A DNA stretch of 64,000 nucleotides from NCBI GenBank assembly GCA_039096225.1, contig JBBPEB010000028.1:620001-684000 (forward strand), in the 5' to 3' direction. Position 1 is the first letter of the stretch; each line of letters begins with the position of its first letter. Source of the DNA: Blastocystis sp. Blastoise (lineage: Eukaryota > Protista > Bigyra: Opalinata). Under the pieces are notes generated by a model that was given only the letters and a program-made list of their open reading frames with translations, did not search any database and was not told where the DNA came from. Of this stretch, positions 1 through 15,138 are shown one piece after another. The position numbers and the translations under genes were made by a program.

Positions 1-431
1 TATGTGAAAAAGTCTCCTAGTTATTCATATGACTGATCTTATATAAAATATTTTTTATATACACAATTATTAATAAAAACAGTCTCTATACGAAGTAAAC
101 GATCCATTGAGATTCGTGCATTCAATACTTCACAACTTTATTGCTAATGTGTAAAAGTAAATATGTCTAATTCAAGTATTTTTATAGATATATTGTGTTC
201 GTAGAATATTATAGTCTATAAAAAATATTTATTTATGAAATAAAACATAGAACTCAATGAGAAAATAATATATGAAACTATTTTTTCACAGAGAAAACTT
301 GTGAAGGAGTCACAATATGAAAGTTTTGATTGGTGGTTAAAAAGTAAAATAGATTTTTTATTTCATTTTGAGATTGCGTTTTTGATTCTTGATTTATTGA
401 CAATCCTTTTTTTTATATATAAGTTGAAAGA

Positions 432-1715
432 ATGGGAAATAAGCAAACGAAAGTGCCATGTAAATAGCAATATAAGCGTTATGTATTTCATCATGTAGTA
501 ACTATGGCTAAAAGTATAAATGGTTTGAATAATTATATCAACATGAAAGACGATGTGGAGCCTGATACATGTAAGTTGTCTACGTTATTCTCGTTTTATA
601 AGTTTAGATCAGCCATTTTTTGTTATAAATGATTATACCACAACGATCCCTGATGAAAAAATACAGAACAAACCTATGGACAAAAGATGGTCAGATGCAG
701 TTTCTATTACAAAAGGATCTATTGATGATTTCTCCTCTGAAGAGTTCTTATTAAGGTAAATAGTAATTATTATTGTCTATATATGATTATACTATACTTA
801 TTTTATTTAAAAAAGCATAGATTATATATTTATATGTAGAGTGAGTATTAAATTATCTGAATTTGTTACAGAAGGTTGTAATTATTGGAAGAAGGATAAT
901 AAAGTGACTATAGATAATGAATCCAATGATATTATTTGGTCTACGTTCCTTGTAGATGAACAGAATTTAAAAGATACAGCGTCACTGAAATTCTCCGAAG
1001 AATGCTTTATTAAATCGGATTATAGGTATGCTTATGTTGTGTTTGTTTGTTTATTATTATGTTTATTATGTTTATTATTATGTTTATTATATGTTTATGT
1101 GTTTATTATTTTGTTTATTTGTTATTATTTTGTTTATTTATTTATTATTTTGTTTATATGTTTATGTTTGTTTCTATTCCTTAAATATCTATTATTATTA
1201 TTATTATTATGTATATAGAATAAGAGTTGCTGGTAATGCACGTCCTTGTACAATGACTCAAACATATTTACAAGTATATATATATATATATAGTAATTAT
1301 CAAGAAGATTAATATTAATATTTATATATATAAAGAGAAAACCCAAAACATATAAAACTCCGTCGACTGTTGATATTTATAACTTTTTAGCGAAAATTAT
1401 TGCTTCACCAAATGTATATATATAGAAATATTTATTTTTTAAATGTATTTTTGTTTCTGTTGTTTATATATGTTTATATATATGTTTATATATATGTTTA
1501 TATCTCTATAAATCACTATATATCTCTATAAATCAATAAATATCTCTATAAATCAATAAATATCTCTATAAATCACTATATATCTATAGATGATGAAAGA
1601 GTGTATAATATTGTTTTATATCTATGTGGAGAGATTGATGCACTTAAGTCATATCAGTTTATTACCCTGTAACTGGAGATGTATTTGTCTTGGATCTATT
1701 ATTCTTGCTTCTAAA

Positions 1716-1753
<38 letters not shown>

Positions 1754-2274
1754 TTAGGAAATATTCTTCAATCTTTATATATATATAATAATATTATTAT
1801 TATTATTTATCATCAAAATAATTTTATAGTATTATATATATTGATTTCATATTTGTGACGAGTAACACAATTATATATATAGGTTTGGAATGATTGTCCT
1901 CCTTACAACACACAATTCTCTCAATTGGTTCCTCAGTTCAGTTTGGAGGGAATAAATCGATTAGAAGCTCTTTGCATTGAACATCTACAATGGAACGTTA
2001 TGATTTCTTCTTCTCTCTATGCGAAATACTATTTCGCTATTCGATCACTTGATGAACAACCTAATTTCAGAAGGAAACACAATTATATTAAGAATATAAC
2101 ACAGTTCACAAATACACGTGCTGTTCAACGTGGAAATAGCGATTGTGATGATAATGCCACAGCTGTATATATCTATAATATATATTATATTATATTTATT
2201 ATATATATCTATATATATCTATATAGGAACAGAATAAAGCCAAGAATGAAAACTTTTTTTCAATGTCTTTGTAG
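432..2274 (+). CDS. Cyclin Y-like protein (multi-exon)
   Basis: Spliced translation starts MGNKQTKVP (myristoylation-like MG). It contains cyclin-Y/PHO80-type motifs ECIILFYIYVERL, NWRCICLGSIILASK|VWND and INRLE...LQWNVMISSSLYAKYYFAIR, and ends ENFFSMSL*TAG. Introns are GT-AG. Confidence 0.88.
1501..1588. repeat. Intronic 20-bp tandem repeat (TATCTCTATAAATCA[CT/AT]A[T/A]A, ~4.5 copies)
   Basis: Directly visible in the cyclin intron. The last unit supplies the 3' splice site. Confidence 0.85.
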
Positions 2275-2787
2275 TTAACTATATATATATAATATCCCTT
2301 TTGAATTTTCATGTTTTTCTCTTTTCTCTTTTAGTTTTATGTATATATATAATTATGAATCCAATTAACTATTATGTTTTTACTCAATTATTTCAATTAT
2401 TCTCTTCTGTCATGTAAATTAATAATCTATACACACATATATGTTTGTATTATAAATATAATTCCTATATTATTTTAGTTAGCTTGCATTTCTTTTTCTT
2501 TTGTTAGAATTTTAGTTCATAGTATTATAGTTGTTTTGTTTTGCTTTTATAAAACACAGTTTGTAACATTTATTAATAATTATTTAAATGTTCTTTTTAA
2601 ATCATTAATGATAGAAATAATACAAAATAAATTTGTTTGCCATTAATATATATAAATCTGTATGTTTTTTGGTTTACAATTATTATTGAGAACAAAGCTA
2701 GAATAATCAAACAAAATTATATTATTTATAAAGAAAACAGAAAAGATATTATTGAAAACATAAAACAATGCTTAAAAAAAAGAGAAT

Positions 2788-3085
2788 TTACATAAGGAAT
2801 CCTTCTAAATAGAAAAAAACTGAAAAAGAAAGAAATATTATATATATTAAAGAAATTGTATTCATAGTTGAGCGCATGCATATATATACGAAAGAATTCT
2901 AAGAAGAAAAGTGAAAAATAGAAGCAAATTGTGTTTATAAAGATAGGTAGATGTGAAGATGTTATTAATGTTTCTTTTTAGGGATCTATATATATATAAT
3001 AATATACAATAAGATATGACATACATAAGGAGTAGATGGGATTTCTGACTATATATATAGGGTAATAATATATTTATAATAGGGT

Positions 3086-3128
<43 letters not shown>

Positions 3129-4131
3129 ATATATATATACATTCATTGTGACTGTTGATGTAGGGAAAAAAATCGTTCTAGAGAATAATAATAATAATAA
3201 TAATATTAATAATATATATATACCTATTCTCTAAAAGTTGATTATCGTAATCATAAATATGATCTTCATGAAGTGAATGAATAAAAGATCTATAATTTGA
3301 GATTGGTCGATTTAGTAAATAAGGCATAAAGGTTTCTATATATATAAATATAATATAAATATATATAATAAACAACACATACTCCATCGATGTGTTTGAG
3401 AGAGATATTTATATATATAGTTCATAAATTCATCATTGAATTCTAATTCTATGATTTGTTGTTGTTTATTCTCCTTATATAGTTCATCCATATATATACA
3501 GAACAAGGAGTATTTATATATAGAATAAGGTAGTTGACATAAAAATAAATAGGCCTTCATATAGGAATGATTCTATATATACATGAAAGAATAATCATAA
3601 TAAACAATAATAAATTATTAATATATATATATTTATACCATAAAAAACATTTTCAGCAAATTAGTGAATACAACAAGTGTTTCTGGATTTATTTCCGTAC
3701 AATTGTCCGTTAGATTTATATCTATAGCTTTCCGTTTATTGGATGATTGAAGAGGGATTTCAAACAGTGACGGATTCATCCAATGAGAAGACACTTTCGT
3801 TAGGGATACATAAGGGATTTGTAATGAAATGAGGGATAAGGGGGATCCGTACAAACATATTAACGGAAATACAACAGTATCTTTATTCTATATGAACGTT
3901 GATTATATATATAAATATATAGTATATACTTGATAAGCCTTGCTAGCTAATGTTGTATATATACAGAACGGGAGAGAGGAAATAGAAGATAATATATCTT
4001 TAATATCTACTACATAATCACGGGAATCAAGTTCAATAAATAAAAAGGCCATATATAAATAATCTTTGGAAATAGGACAAGGTTTGATTTGGCGGGTTAT
4101 TTGATGGAGGGAAAGAAGACCTAAAAGAAGG

Positions 4132-4164
<33 letters not shown>

Positions 4165-5064
4165 ATATATATATACCTTGATGAATATTATTTGGGGGGC
4201 ACCAATGATTTAAGAGGAGAATAATAATAATATATATATATAAACTAATAAAATCATCTGGTGATATATCCTATATATATGTAATGAATACATAATATAT
4301 ATATATATATATATAAATGAATAAAATACTAAAAATAATGAATCTATAATATATGTATACAATTAAATTAATTAAGAATGAAGATAATAGAGTTGAATAG
4401 GGTAGAGAGTTATATATAATTTGACACGAGGGATTTGAAAGAAGGGAATTTATATATGAATTTGAAATGAACGAATAAGATGACCTATTATATATAAGAT
4501 AAGATTAATAATAATAAAAAAAAACTATAATATCTTTTTAGATACAGAAAATTATTGATTGATTGTGAAAAAGAAATTTGATAACAAATAATAAATTGTG
4601 TGACTTTCAATATATCGCGAAGACGGCATAATTTGTCATATATGTTTTTTAATTGTTTCATATTATAGAATATTGGTAATGATTTGCTTTTATCGACTGT
4701 TAAATACTCCTTTACAAATTAATCAATAATAAAACAGAAAATAATATACTTTGAACACTGAAATACAGAGTTCTAGATGATTCTCAATTATGTAATAACG
4801 ATGAGTAATCGTATTCAATTGATTCTCAGAGTCATTTGACGTTGAATCTGCAAAACTATAGAAAAAGAAATCATCAATAATACGCGAAAGAAATAGAATG
4901 TATAGAAAACAACAAAGAATAATATAGATCTACATTTGGTTCAAATGAGATATGTCATTCACAAGAAAATGTCGTATATCCTCTTCAATTCTGACGGAAC
5001 CCTCAATAGATGACTCTAAAAGAGTAGTTCCGGTCAATAGAATATCTGATTGATCCTCTGACAT
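2788..5064 (-). CDS. Hypothetical protein, multi-exon, family not recognised
   Basis: ATG at 5064 (MSEDQSDILLTGTTLLESSIEGSVRIEEDIRHFL). Frame-compatible exons are joined by GT-AG introns and the probable last exon is GFLM*TAA. Internal boundaries are approximate. Confidence 0.6.
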
Positions 5065-5940
5065 CAAAATTCAATGACAAACAAGCAATTCAATATTTCC
5101 GTAATTATTCTAGAAAGCGAAAGTGAAATGATTAAGATAATAGTAAAAAGAAGATATCCATTTATTCTTTTGATTCTTTGAGGTTTATCTCGATTATTCT
5201 TTATAAAAAAATATTAGAATCTATAAAAACATGATTGCTATATATGTGTTGAAAGAGTTTTTTAAAAACAAACGAATGATTACGTATGAGTTTTTTCCAC
5301 TATTGACAAATGTGCATTCGAATGGTTGAGTATACTGCAGAATTTGATGAAGCATTGTTCGAATCATATATCAGTTGTTCTTCTTACTATTTAAGAGCTT
5401 GATGGTATTTTTGATGATCTTCATAGCTTTATAAAACAAGAATTATTAGTGTATACATAATAGTAAAATCAATAGTGCAATAAATTAGTATAATGAGTAA
5501 CAAATTGTATCATCTATTTGAAAATTGTTTGTTTATATACTTTATTGAATACACAAGAAGTATAGAAATGAAATGTATCATAAAAAACCAATAAAACATT
5601 GCAGAACAAATCACTTTAGTTTCATATTTTTAAAAATTATCTAACAAACTGACAATTCAGTAATTATATTTCAAATGAAAACATTCATATTAACTATAAT
5701 AAACATATATCAAAACAAATCTTAAAGAGATGACACCACAATATCAAAAATTATGATTTCATGTTCAAGTAAATTGATTTTCATGGGAATTCTAAAGAAA
5801 TGACCATTCTTTTGAATTTCTGAAGGGTTCTAAAAAAATCCTTTGCTTTAAACTTATATTTGTTAAATCATAGGATAGGTTTCGTTACATCTAGTTTTTG
5901 ATTATTGAATAAGTGATACTTGGTGTAAAATAAGTCGAAA

Positions 5941-8900
5941 ATGGCTGAAAACCCCTCAATAACAACAAATGTATGTTTAGTTTATGAAGAAATACTATAA
6001 ATATTATTTTGATTCGATGTAACATTTATTGTAATGTTTAGGATTCCATTCAGAAAGGAATCAATACTCAATCAAGTGACATCTCGGTAGACGATTTTTC
6101 ATCTTTGTTTGAAAAGTTTACTCGGGCTACTAACGCACCTTCTAGTAAGAAAGAAAAGAATAGTCGTTGTCATCTACTTGTAATTAAATATCCATTTTCT
6201 ATTATTTTTAAAATTATTTAGAGAAATCTCCTTAAGAATTACATGAATTATACAAAGGAAGATCGTAAGAGCTTAATATCTTTCCTTGATGAGATCTATT
6301 CAAAGAATAAAAATAATTTCATCTCTACTAATTCACCTTCAATGTTTTATTTGCTCAATGCATTAAAGAATGAAAATGAAAAGGTATTTGTGTTATTCAT
6401 AGTATATTATATATTTTTTTTATTATAGGAATTACAAAGTTTAATTAGTAATACAGTTTATCAATATATAAAAGCTTCTAATTTACATGAATTATATACT
6501 TTTATAAATGATACTGATTCTCAATTTAATGAAGGTATATAGAAAATATAATTGATTTTTTTTTTATATTTATTATTGTTTTTGTATGTATGTTTTGATA
6601 TAAATTAATATGTTTTGATATACATGAATATATATAGATATAAAGTGTCATTCTAGTATATATAAACTTTTGGAACGTCTTGTTCATGAATCCTATCATT
6701 CTATTTATAAGAATGATTATACTATTCATCAATTTATATATCAGTTAAATATATTATATAAATATAAATATAATCAAGAAAATGGCCCTTATGAAGATCT
6801 ATTAACTGGGTACATATTATATATTATATATTATAAATTATATATTATATTTTATTATTATTTATATATATTATTATATTATCTATATAGAATAACTGAA
6901 GAAGAAAAGAATAGTATCAATAAACAATATGATGAAGTATATACTTATTCTATTTATTATTATTTATTATTATAGGAAATGGAAACAATAGTAGAAACAG
7001 TATTTTTTTATCTATATAATAATAATAATAATAATATTTTTTTAGAAGAATCAATCGAATTCAAAGGAACATGTATATATATATATATATTACTATATAT
7101 TATTATATATATATAATATATATATATAGGAAATAGTTCAATTAGAAAAAGTTAATGAATCCATTAATTCATTTAAGAATTTATTCACTATGGTATATAT
7201 ATATATATATATATATATTTATAATTCTCTATATATATTTATATAGGTATGTTCATTTAGTATTGTTTTCTTTGTTTTATTTTTATTTGGTGCTTCCTTC
7301 TATCAACCTCAATGTATATATATATATAACTATACTAATAACAATAATATATAACAATAATATATAACTATGGTAATAACAATAATATATAACAATACAA
7401 ATAACAATAATATATAACAACACTCTATATAGTACATATGTCTGAACCAGAAAATATTCCTCTTGTTACTCTACCCGATACTCTTCAAAATACTCCAATT
7501 CCCGCGAATAATTATCATTTTCCTGACTATACTCGAGTATCTACTTTAGTGCAATCAACATCATCTCTCTCTTCTTCTTTTCTATCCGATATGAATACTC
7601 TGAAGATGTCTATAAATACTATGAATGAACAACTATGGATCGCTATGAATAATTTATATTATCATTATAATGAAACATTAATTAGTATTCCTTCAATTGA
7701 TGATATTCCCGTGAATATTCCATATTCTTCCATTTCTTTAGTTGATAATATTAATTCTATTTCTATATTACTTCCTCTTCTCCTTAAGGAATATAGTACT
7801 GTGAAAACAGAGAGAAACACTCTTCAAAATCAAGTAAAAGACAAAGAAAGTACTATATATGGATTAAATAAATATATAGAATCATTAAATAATACGAATA
7901 ATGAATTATCAAGAGATCTAGGGAATAATAAGATTCAAATAGAAAATAAAGAAGATCAAATAAAAGAGAATAAACTAGTAATTCAACAGTTAGAACAAAA
8001 AGTTTCTTATTATCAAATATCTCTCAATGGTACAGAAGAAAGTAAGGCAAATATTGTTAATGAATTAACTACATGTCAAAAGAATATTACAATGATATCA
8101 GAATTATTAAAAGAAAAAATAAATCATATTGAAGAACAAAAAGAAGAATTAAAAGAAAAAGAGAATGAAAATAAACAATATGAAAATGATATATATAGTT
8201 TAGTAGAAGATAAAATGAAAGTTGAATCTGAATTAAAGAAACTTCAAAAAGATAGTATAGATAACAATTTAGAAATACAAACATTAAATCAGATTAAACT
8301 AGTTCTTCAAACGCAAGTTAAGAATCTTTCAGATACAATTCAGTTGAATAATGAAAATTATAATAGTGAAAAATGTATATTAATAGATAAATATGAATCA
8401 AGTATAATTGAGATGAAATCATCATATCATGAAAATATGACTTATTTACATGAAACAATGAATAATAATAAAGATATATATGAGAAAACTCTTAAAGAAT
8501 TACGTAAAGAAAATAATGATAATGTGAATATATTAAATTATAATTGTGATGTACGTATAAATACATTAAAAGAAGATCAACAGAAAGAAATAGATACAAT
8601 AACTTCTACGTATGAAAATAAGATAAATGAATTAAGAATGAATACTACTGAAGAAATACAAGTATTAAAAGAAACATCAAAAGCTGAAAAGAAGACATAT
8701 TTAGAAGAATTTGAGAATAAGATAAATACCCTTAATGAAGATCATAAGAAAGAAATAGAGTCTGTTCGTATAGATTATAAACAAAAGATTAAGAATATAA
8801 ATGAGAGCCATAAACAATCTATAGAAGAACTGAAGAATGAATGTGAATTACAAGTAGAAGATATACATGAGAAACATGAAGAGACTATAGAAACTCTAAA

Positions 8901-11900
8901 GAAAGAGAATGAAAAGAGTATGAATATTATGAATGAAGCTCATAAGAATGAAATTGATAATAATAATAATGCACATGAACGATTAGTCAATAGTATGATT
9001 TCGAAACATAAAGAAGAAATAGAATTCTTAGAACAAGAATATAAACAACGTTATGAAAATCAGTCTCTTAATAATACAAATAGAATTGAACAAATAAAAG
9101 AATCTTATCAAAAAGAAATAGATCAATTAAATAATCAAACGATGAATACTATTAAACAAATTAATATGAATTGTATGGAGAAGATACATACAATTGAAGG
9201 AAGTAGTGAGCAACGTATTCAATTAATAAAATCAACAGCTTCTCAAACACTTAAAGATCTAAAACAAGAAAATCAAGTATATATTGAGAATATATATAAA
9301 GAAAATAATAATACTATTGAAAATATACATACTGAATATAATACTAAAATGAATTTATTGAAAGAAGAGCATGATTCTTTATTAAAAGAAAAAGAAAAAG
9401 AAAATAATAAAGCATTAATAGAGCAAGATAATCATTATAAACAATTAATGAATAATCATACAATAGTATATGAAAATAAATTAAAAGAATTAAAACATAA
9501 ATATTCAAATGAAATGAATGATTTAATTGTATTTAATGAACGTATGTTAAAGAAAGTTATTGATATATCTATTCATAATACAGATAATTTAAATGAAGAA
9601 CATAAGAATGAAATAATAGAAAAAGAACAAGAATTTGAAGAAAATAAACATATAATACATTTTAATTATCAAAAACAAATAGAATCGATTCAACAACAAA
9701 ATAATAATACCCTTATTGCTATACAAAAGAAACATAAATATGAATTAGATTCTCAACGATTTGATTATGAAGCTATTTTATTTAGTTTGAAGAAAACAAA
9801 TAATAAAACATTAACTGAATATGAAAATCAGTATGGATCTCAAATTCAAAATATTACTTCTTCTTGTGAACATCGTATAGTTGAATTAAATCAAAAGAAT
9901 GAACAAGATTTAGTGGATATAAAGAATCAGTATGAACAAGAAATAAGTCAACTTGAGCAAGATCAAATGAATAAGATTCATATATTAGAAATAGAATCAG
10001 AAACTCATTATACAGAAGATATGAAGAAACAGAAAGATGATTATGAACTATATATACATAATTTAGAAGAAGAATTAAAGAATAAATTACGAACAAGTCA
10101 AGAACAATATGAAAAAGAGCGAATTATCTTAAAAAATGCTGAAGAACGTGTATTACTAACTGAAAAGAGAAATCATGAGAAAGAAATCAATACATTACAA
10201 CTATCTTCAAAGAAAGAAATCAATACTTTGAATGAAATTCACCAGAATGAATTACAACGCCTTCAGAAAGAAATGAATGAAAATAATAAATTATTAGCTA
10301 TTAATCATCAGAAAGAAATTGTGAATATTAATAAGAATCATGAAGAATCAATAAAAGAATTGAAATCTCATTGGGAAGTTCTTTTAGAACAAACCAAGAA
10401 AGATTATAAAGATGAATTGAAAGAGAAAACTGATAAATATATGAATGAAAAGAAAGAGATTGAAACTAATTATGATATAATAATTAATAATATAAATACT
10501 CAACATGAATCGGTTATAGAAGAAATGAGACATGAATATGAATTGTTAGTAAAGAATAATACATCTGAATATGAACATAAAATTGAGTTATTAAAAGAAA
10601 GAGAAGAAAAGAATCAATTAATATATAATGAAGAAATCGAAACTATGAAACAAACTTTATTAACTACTTATACTCAAGAGAAAGAAGAAATTCGTAATCA
10701 ATATGAGAATAAATTAAATGAATTACAAATAGAATCTAATCAAACAATAGAATCTCTTAATAAAGAACATGATAATATTATTCATGAATTAAATATTCAT
10801 TATGCTAATACTATAGAAGAATTAAAAGAAAAACAACAATTAGAATTAGAAGAGAAACAGAAGGAATATGTACGTGATTTAGATAATACATCTATTTCGT
10901 ATACAAATCAAATTCAAACTATAGAAATAAGTTATGAAAAGCAAATAGAAACTTTAAAAGAAACACATGCAAAAGAAATTCATAATATAAATGAATCGAA
11001 TGAAAATGTATTAAATTCAATGATAAAGCATCATAAGCAAGAAATTCAAGATACAATTGAAAAGAAAGATAAAGAAATCGAAGTTTTGAAGAGTAATTAT
11101 GAAGAGAAGATACAACAGAAAGAAGAAGAATATCAAAGTATACTAACTATGAATAAGAAACAATATGAAGAAGAATTGAAGACCAAAGAAGAAGAATATT
11201 TGAATACCGTTGATAATATGACTTCTAAGTATCAAGAGATCATAAATACTTTAAATACTACTTTAGAACAAGAAAGAATAATGAATGAACAACGTTATAC
11301 GAATGATATTCATTCTTTAGAAGAGAATTATGAACAAATAATAAAAGATATGAAAGACCAATCTTCTAGTGAATATATGAATATGACTACCAGCTATAAG
11401 AGTACTATACAACAATTAAAAGATAAATATACTAACGATATGGAAAATACTAGTAATCTTTATGATAAAGAAATAAAGAGAATGGTAGAAGAGCAAGATA
11501 ATACTATACAAAGAATGAAAGTAGACTATGAAAGTGAGATTCAAAATAATAAAGATATCTATATGAAAGAAAAGAATACATTAATAGATCAATATACTAA
11601 AGAAATAGAAGATGAAAAAGTTAGTCATAAGCAAGAACAAGAGCAATTAAAGAAGAATTATGAAGAACAAATAGATGAATTAACTAAGAAGAATATTCTT
11701 AGTATTCAGTCTTTGAAAGACGATTATGAAATAAAAGTCAATTTAATAAATGAATCACATGAAAAACAATTAACCAGTCTTCTTGAGTCTCATGAAAAAC
11801 ATATTCAAAGTATAAAAGATACATATAAATCCGAAATGAAATCCAATAATGAATCTCATGAAAAGATTATTTCGAATATGATTCAAACACATAAACAAGA

Positions 11901-13352
11901 AATAAATACTTTAAATAATAATAAAAAAGAAGAATTAAAGATAATAGAAGAGAAACAAAAGAAGCTTATAAGTCAAATAAATCAAGAGAATAAAGACTCT
12001 ATAATAAAGATGAAAACAGAGTATTCTAATCAATATAAATTATTAGAAGACAAAGAAGAAAAAGAAAAAGAAATGTTAAAGGAATCTTATGAGAATGAAG
12101 TTGAAGGACTAAAGAAAGAAACAGAGAAGAAAATAAATAATTTAGAATCAAAGTATAAAGAAGAAATGAAGAATATGATGAATAATAAAGAGAAAGAAGT
12201 TCAGTCTGTTTTGAATGAGAAAGAGAAAGAAATAAAACGTTTAGAAACTGAATATACAAAAGAAAAAGAAGTATTAATAAAAGAAAATGATTCGAAGTTA
12301 TTATCTATAAAACAGTCAAATAAGAAATCTATAGAATTATTAAATAAAGATCATAATGATAGTATAGAGAAGAAGACTAAGGAATATAATAAATTAAAGA
12401 ATACATATGATCATGAAATAAATGATATAAAGAAGAATTATGAGAATAGAATAAAAGAATTAGAAAATACATCAAAACAAGAAATAGAGAAAGTTCAATT
12501 ATATAGTAAGGGACAAGTAGATATAATGAAAGAAAAACATGAGAAAGAAATTACTGATTTGAAATCTAGTTGTGAAAATACCAAGAATTCTATTCGAACA
12601 AAGTGTAAATCAAGTATAAATAATTGTCATAGTCAGTGTACAGATGAAAAACAATCAATGAGTAATGAATTAAATACAAAATATGATTTATATGTCGATG
12701 ATTCGAATAAGCAATTAAAACAACTTGAAAATGAATTAGTATCCTTAAAAACAGAATATAAACAATGTATAGATACAAAAGAAACTATAAATACACAATA
12801 TATAGATTGTTCTACTTCTCTTAAGAACATAGAAACACAATTCAAAGGTTGTAAACAGAATTCAACATTATTATTTAATGATTTAGAATTATTTTCTAAA
12901 TATACAACAATATGTACAAATCAATATACCTCAGCAATTCAGAAGATTCAGACACTTTCAGATGAATTCAATAGTATTACCAATAGTACAACATGTATAG
13001 AAGATATTCAACCAATAAAATCACTTCTTCGTACATATAAGAAAGAAATACAACCACTTTCTCAAGAACCAAAATCAACTTTTATTCAACAAGATTCTCA
13101 ACAAAAGAAATCTGTATATATATATTATTATTGTTTTATTTTATTTAATTATTAGATTATTTTGTTATTTATTTGCTTAATTTTTATATTATTTAATTAT
13201 TATTTTATGTGGTTATTTTTTGTTTAATTATTAGATTATTTGTTTAATTATTATTTTATTTGATTATTATTATATAGTATATATTTCATTGTTATATTTC
13301 CCTTATGATTATACTAATATATTTATATATATAGAAATTCTTATGGTTTTAA
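5941..13352 (+). CDS. Giant coiled-coil protein with a single N-proximal TM helix (type II topology inferred), ~2,100 aa
   Basis: ATG at 5941 (MAENPSITTN), then several small exons, a TM exon at 7247-7313 (VCSFSIVFFVLFLFGASF), a 5.7-kb E/K/N/Q-rich exon (ORF 7438-13155, donor near 13114), and a last exon KFLWF*. Confidence 0.75.
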
Positions 13353-13729
13353 CTCAGTTCACTGATGTTATTATACATATTTGTAAGTTTTATTTTACTT
13401 TTTTTATTGATATAATTATATATAATAAGTTCTAATTCTTGTTTTCTCTTATTTTATTTTTGTTTAACAAAACGTTAATTATTAGTTTATATATTGCTTT
13501 TGTTTTATTAATTTTATATTTCTAGTATACTTTATTTTTTTTTAAATAATTGAATAGGATATAATAGTAATGATAGCAAAACAATATAAATAAAGATATA
13601 AAACAACATAAATGAATAGTCTTGCAACTGCTTAAATAAATCTACAAAGCAATATATATATATATATATTCAATAAAACATAAATATGAATTTAAAAAAT
13701 AACTAATAGAATATATATTAAGTAACACT

Positions 13730-15138
13730 TTAAGCAGTAGTAGAAGTTTCAGTAACAGCAGGTTGTTCATCTTTCTTAGAGAAACGATCGTATTTAATAA
13801 CATTATTAAAAGATAATAAACCGACAGTTAAGATAATAAAACCTAAAAGTTGAAGAAGAGACCAATAATTAAGACCTTCACCAAAACTAGATATATAATA
13901 TTATTATTATTATTCATATTATGTTTTTAATGTATATATATATATATGTATAAATATATATATATACCTAGGATTGAACCAATGGATAACAACAACAGTA
14001 ACCCAAACGAGGAAGGTACGACAAGGTTCAAGAAGATTACGAACTACACTGTTAGTATACTTAGTGACTCTCATAGAGGAGAGATTGAAAAGAAGAAGAA
14101 CAAAAATAGATAAAATATTAAGAGTTAAAATAAAACCATTATTTTTGCACATGTAGAGAGCATCAATGAAATCTTCATGAAGACCATTACCTTCTTCTCC
14201 AGGAATGAAATAAGCAGCAATAAGAGCGAAAGTAGTAAGAATAAAACCCCAAACACCTTCCATACCGACAATAAGATTAGAAGAAGCTTCAACACCTTGT
14301 AAAAGATATTCTTCATAGACAGTTTGGAAAGCTTGAATACCTTGAGCAATAAATACAAATACAAATCCAAGAATCTTTTGCCAAACGGTAGAATCACTTT
14401 CAGTAGCATCACCAAAGATATTACTATATAATAAACATAATAAATATAATAATAAACATAATAATAATAATAATAATAATAATATATATATATATATATA
14501 TACGCAACACCAACAACAACAAGAGCAATGAAAATAATACCTAAACCAATCCATTCGTGTTTTAAGAGAGGTTTCTTTAACCAAGTAATACGGAAGATTC
14601 CCGTGAAAATGAGGATAGAACCACGAATCATTTGCCATATAGAAACAGGAATCCATAATAAACCAACAAACATAATAAAAGAAGCTAAGAAATCACAGAA
14701 AGCAGGAGCTAAAACCATGAAATAAACTTTCATCGGAGGCTTCTTGTTTTCTTCAGTTAAATTTTCAAGTACAGATGGATCTTTCTTAGCTTTCTTTTGA
14801 AGAAGACAATAATTAATCTAAAAATAATATAATTTATTTAAAATAATAATAATGAATCAAAAAAGAATATAATTTATGAATCAAAACAATAACAAATCAA
14901 AAATTATAAATATCTCGAATTGCATAAATAAGAAACTCATACCGAAGAACATAATAAAATTAGAAAACCAAGGTTTTTCAAAGTGATGAGGTTCACTTCC
15001 AGGAATACCAACAGCTTCAGTTTGGTAAAGAAGTTTACCAAAAATTAAAGAGCAAGTACCAGTAATAAGGAAAAGTGTAATATAGAATATAAGAGTCTTC
15101 TTATTGCTCTTAGGTTCTTTTTCAACAAGGGGTTCCAT
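13730..15138 (-). CDS. SLC35F6-like drug/metabolite (nucleotide-sugar-type) transporter
   Basis: About 10 TM segments, with motifs FEKPWFSNFIMFFG, PAFCD, SIWQMIRGSILIFT, QTVYEE, VGMEGVWG, RNLLEPCRTFLVW and LQLLGF. Confidence 0.85.
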
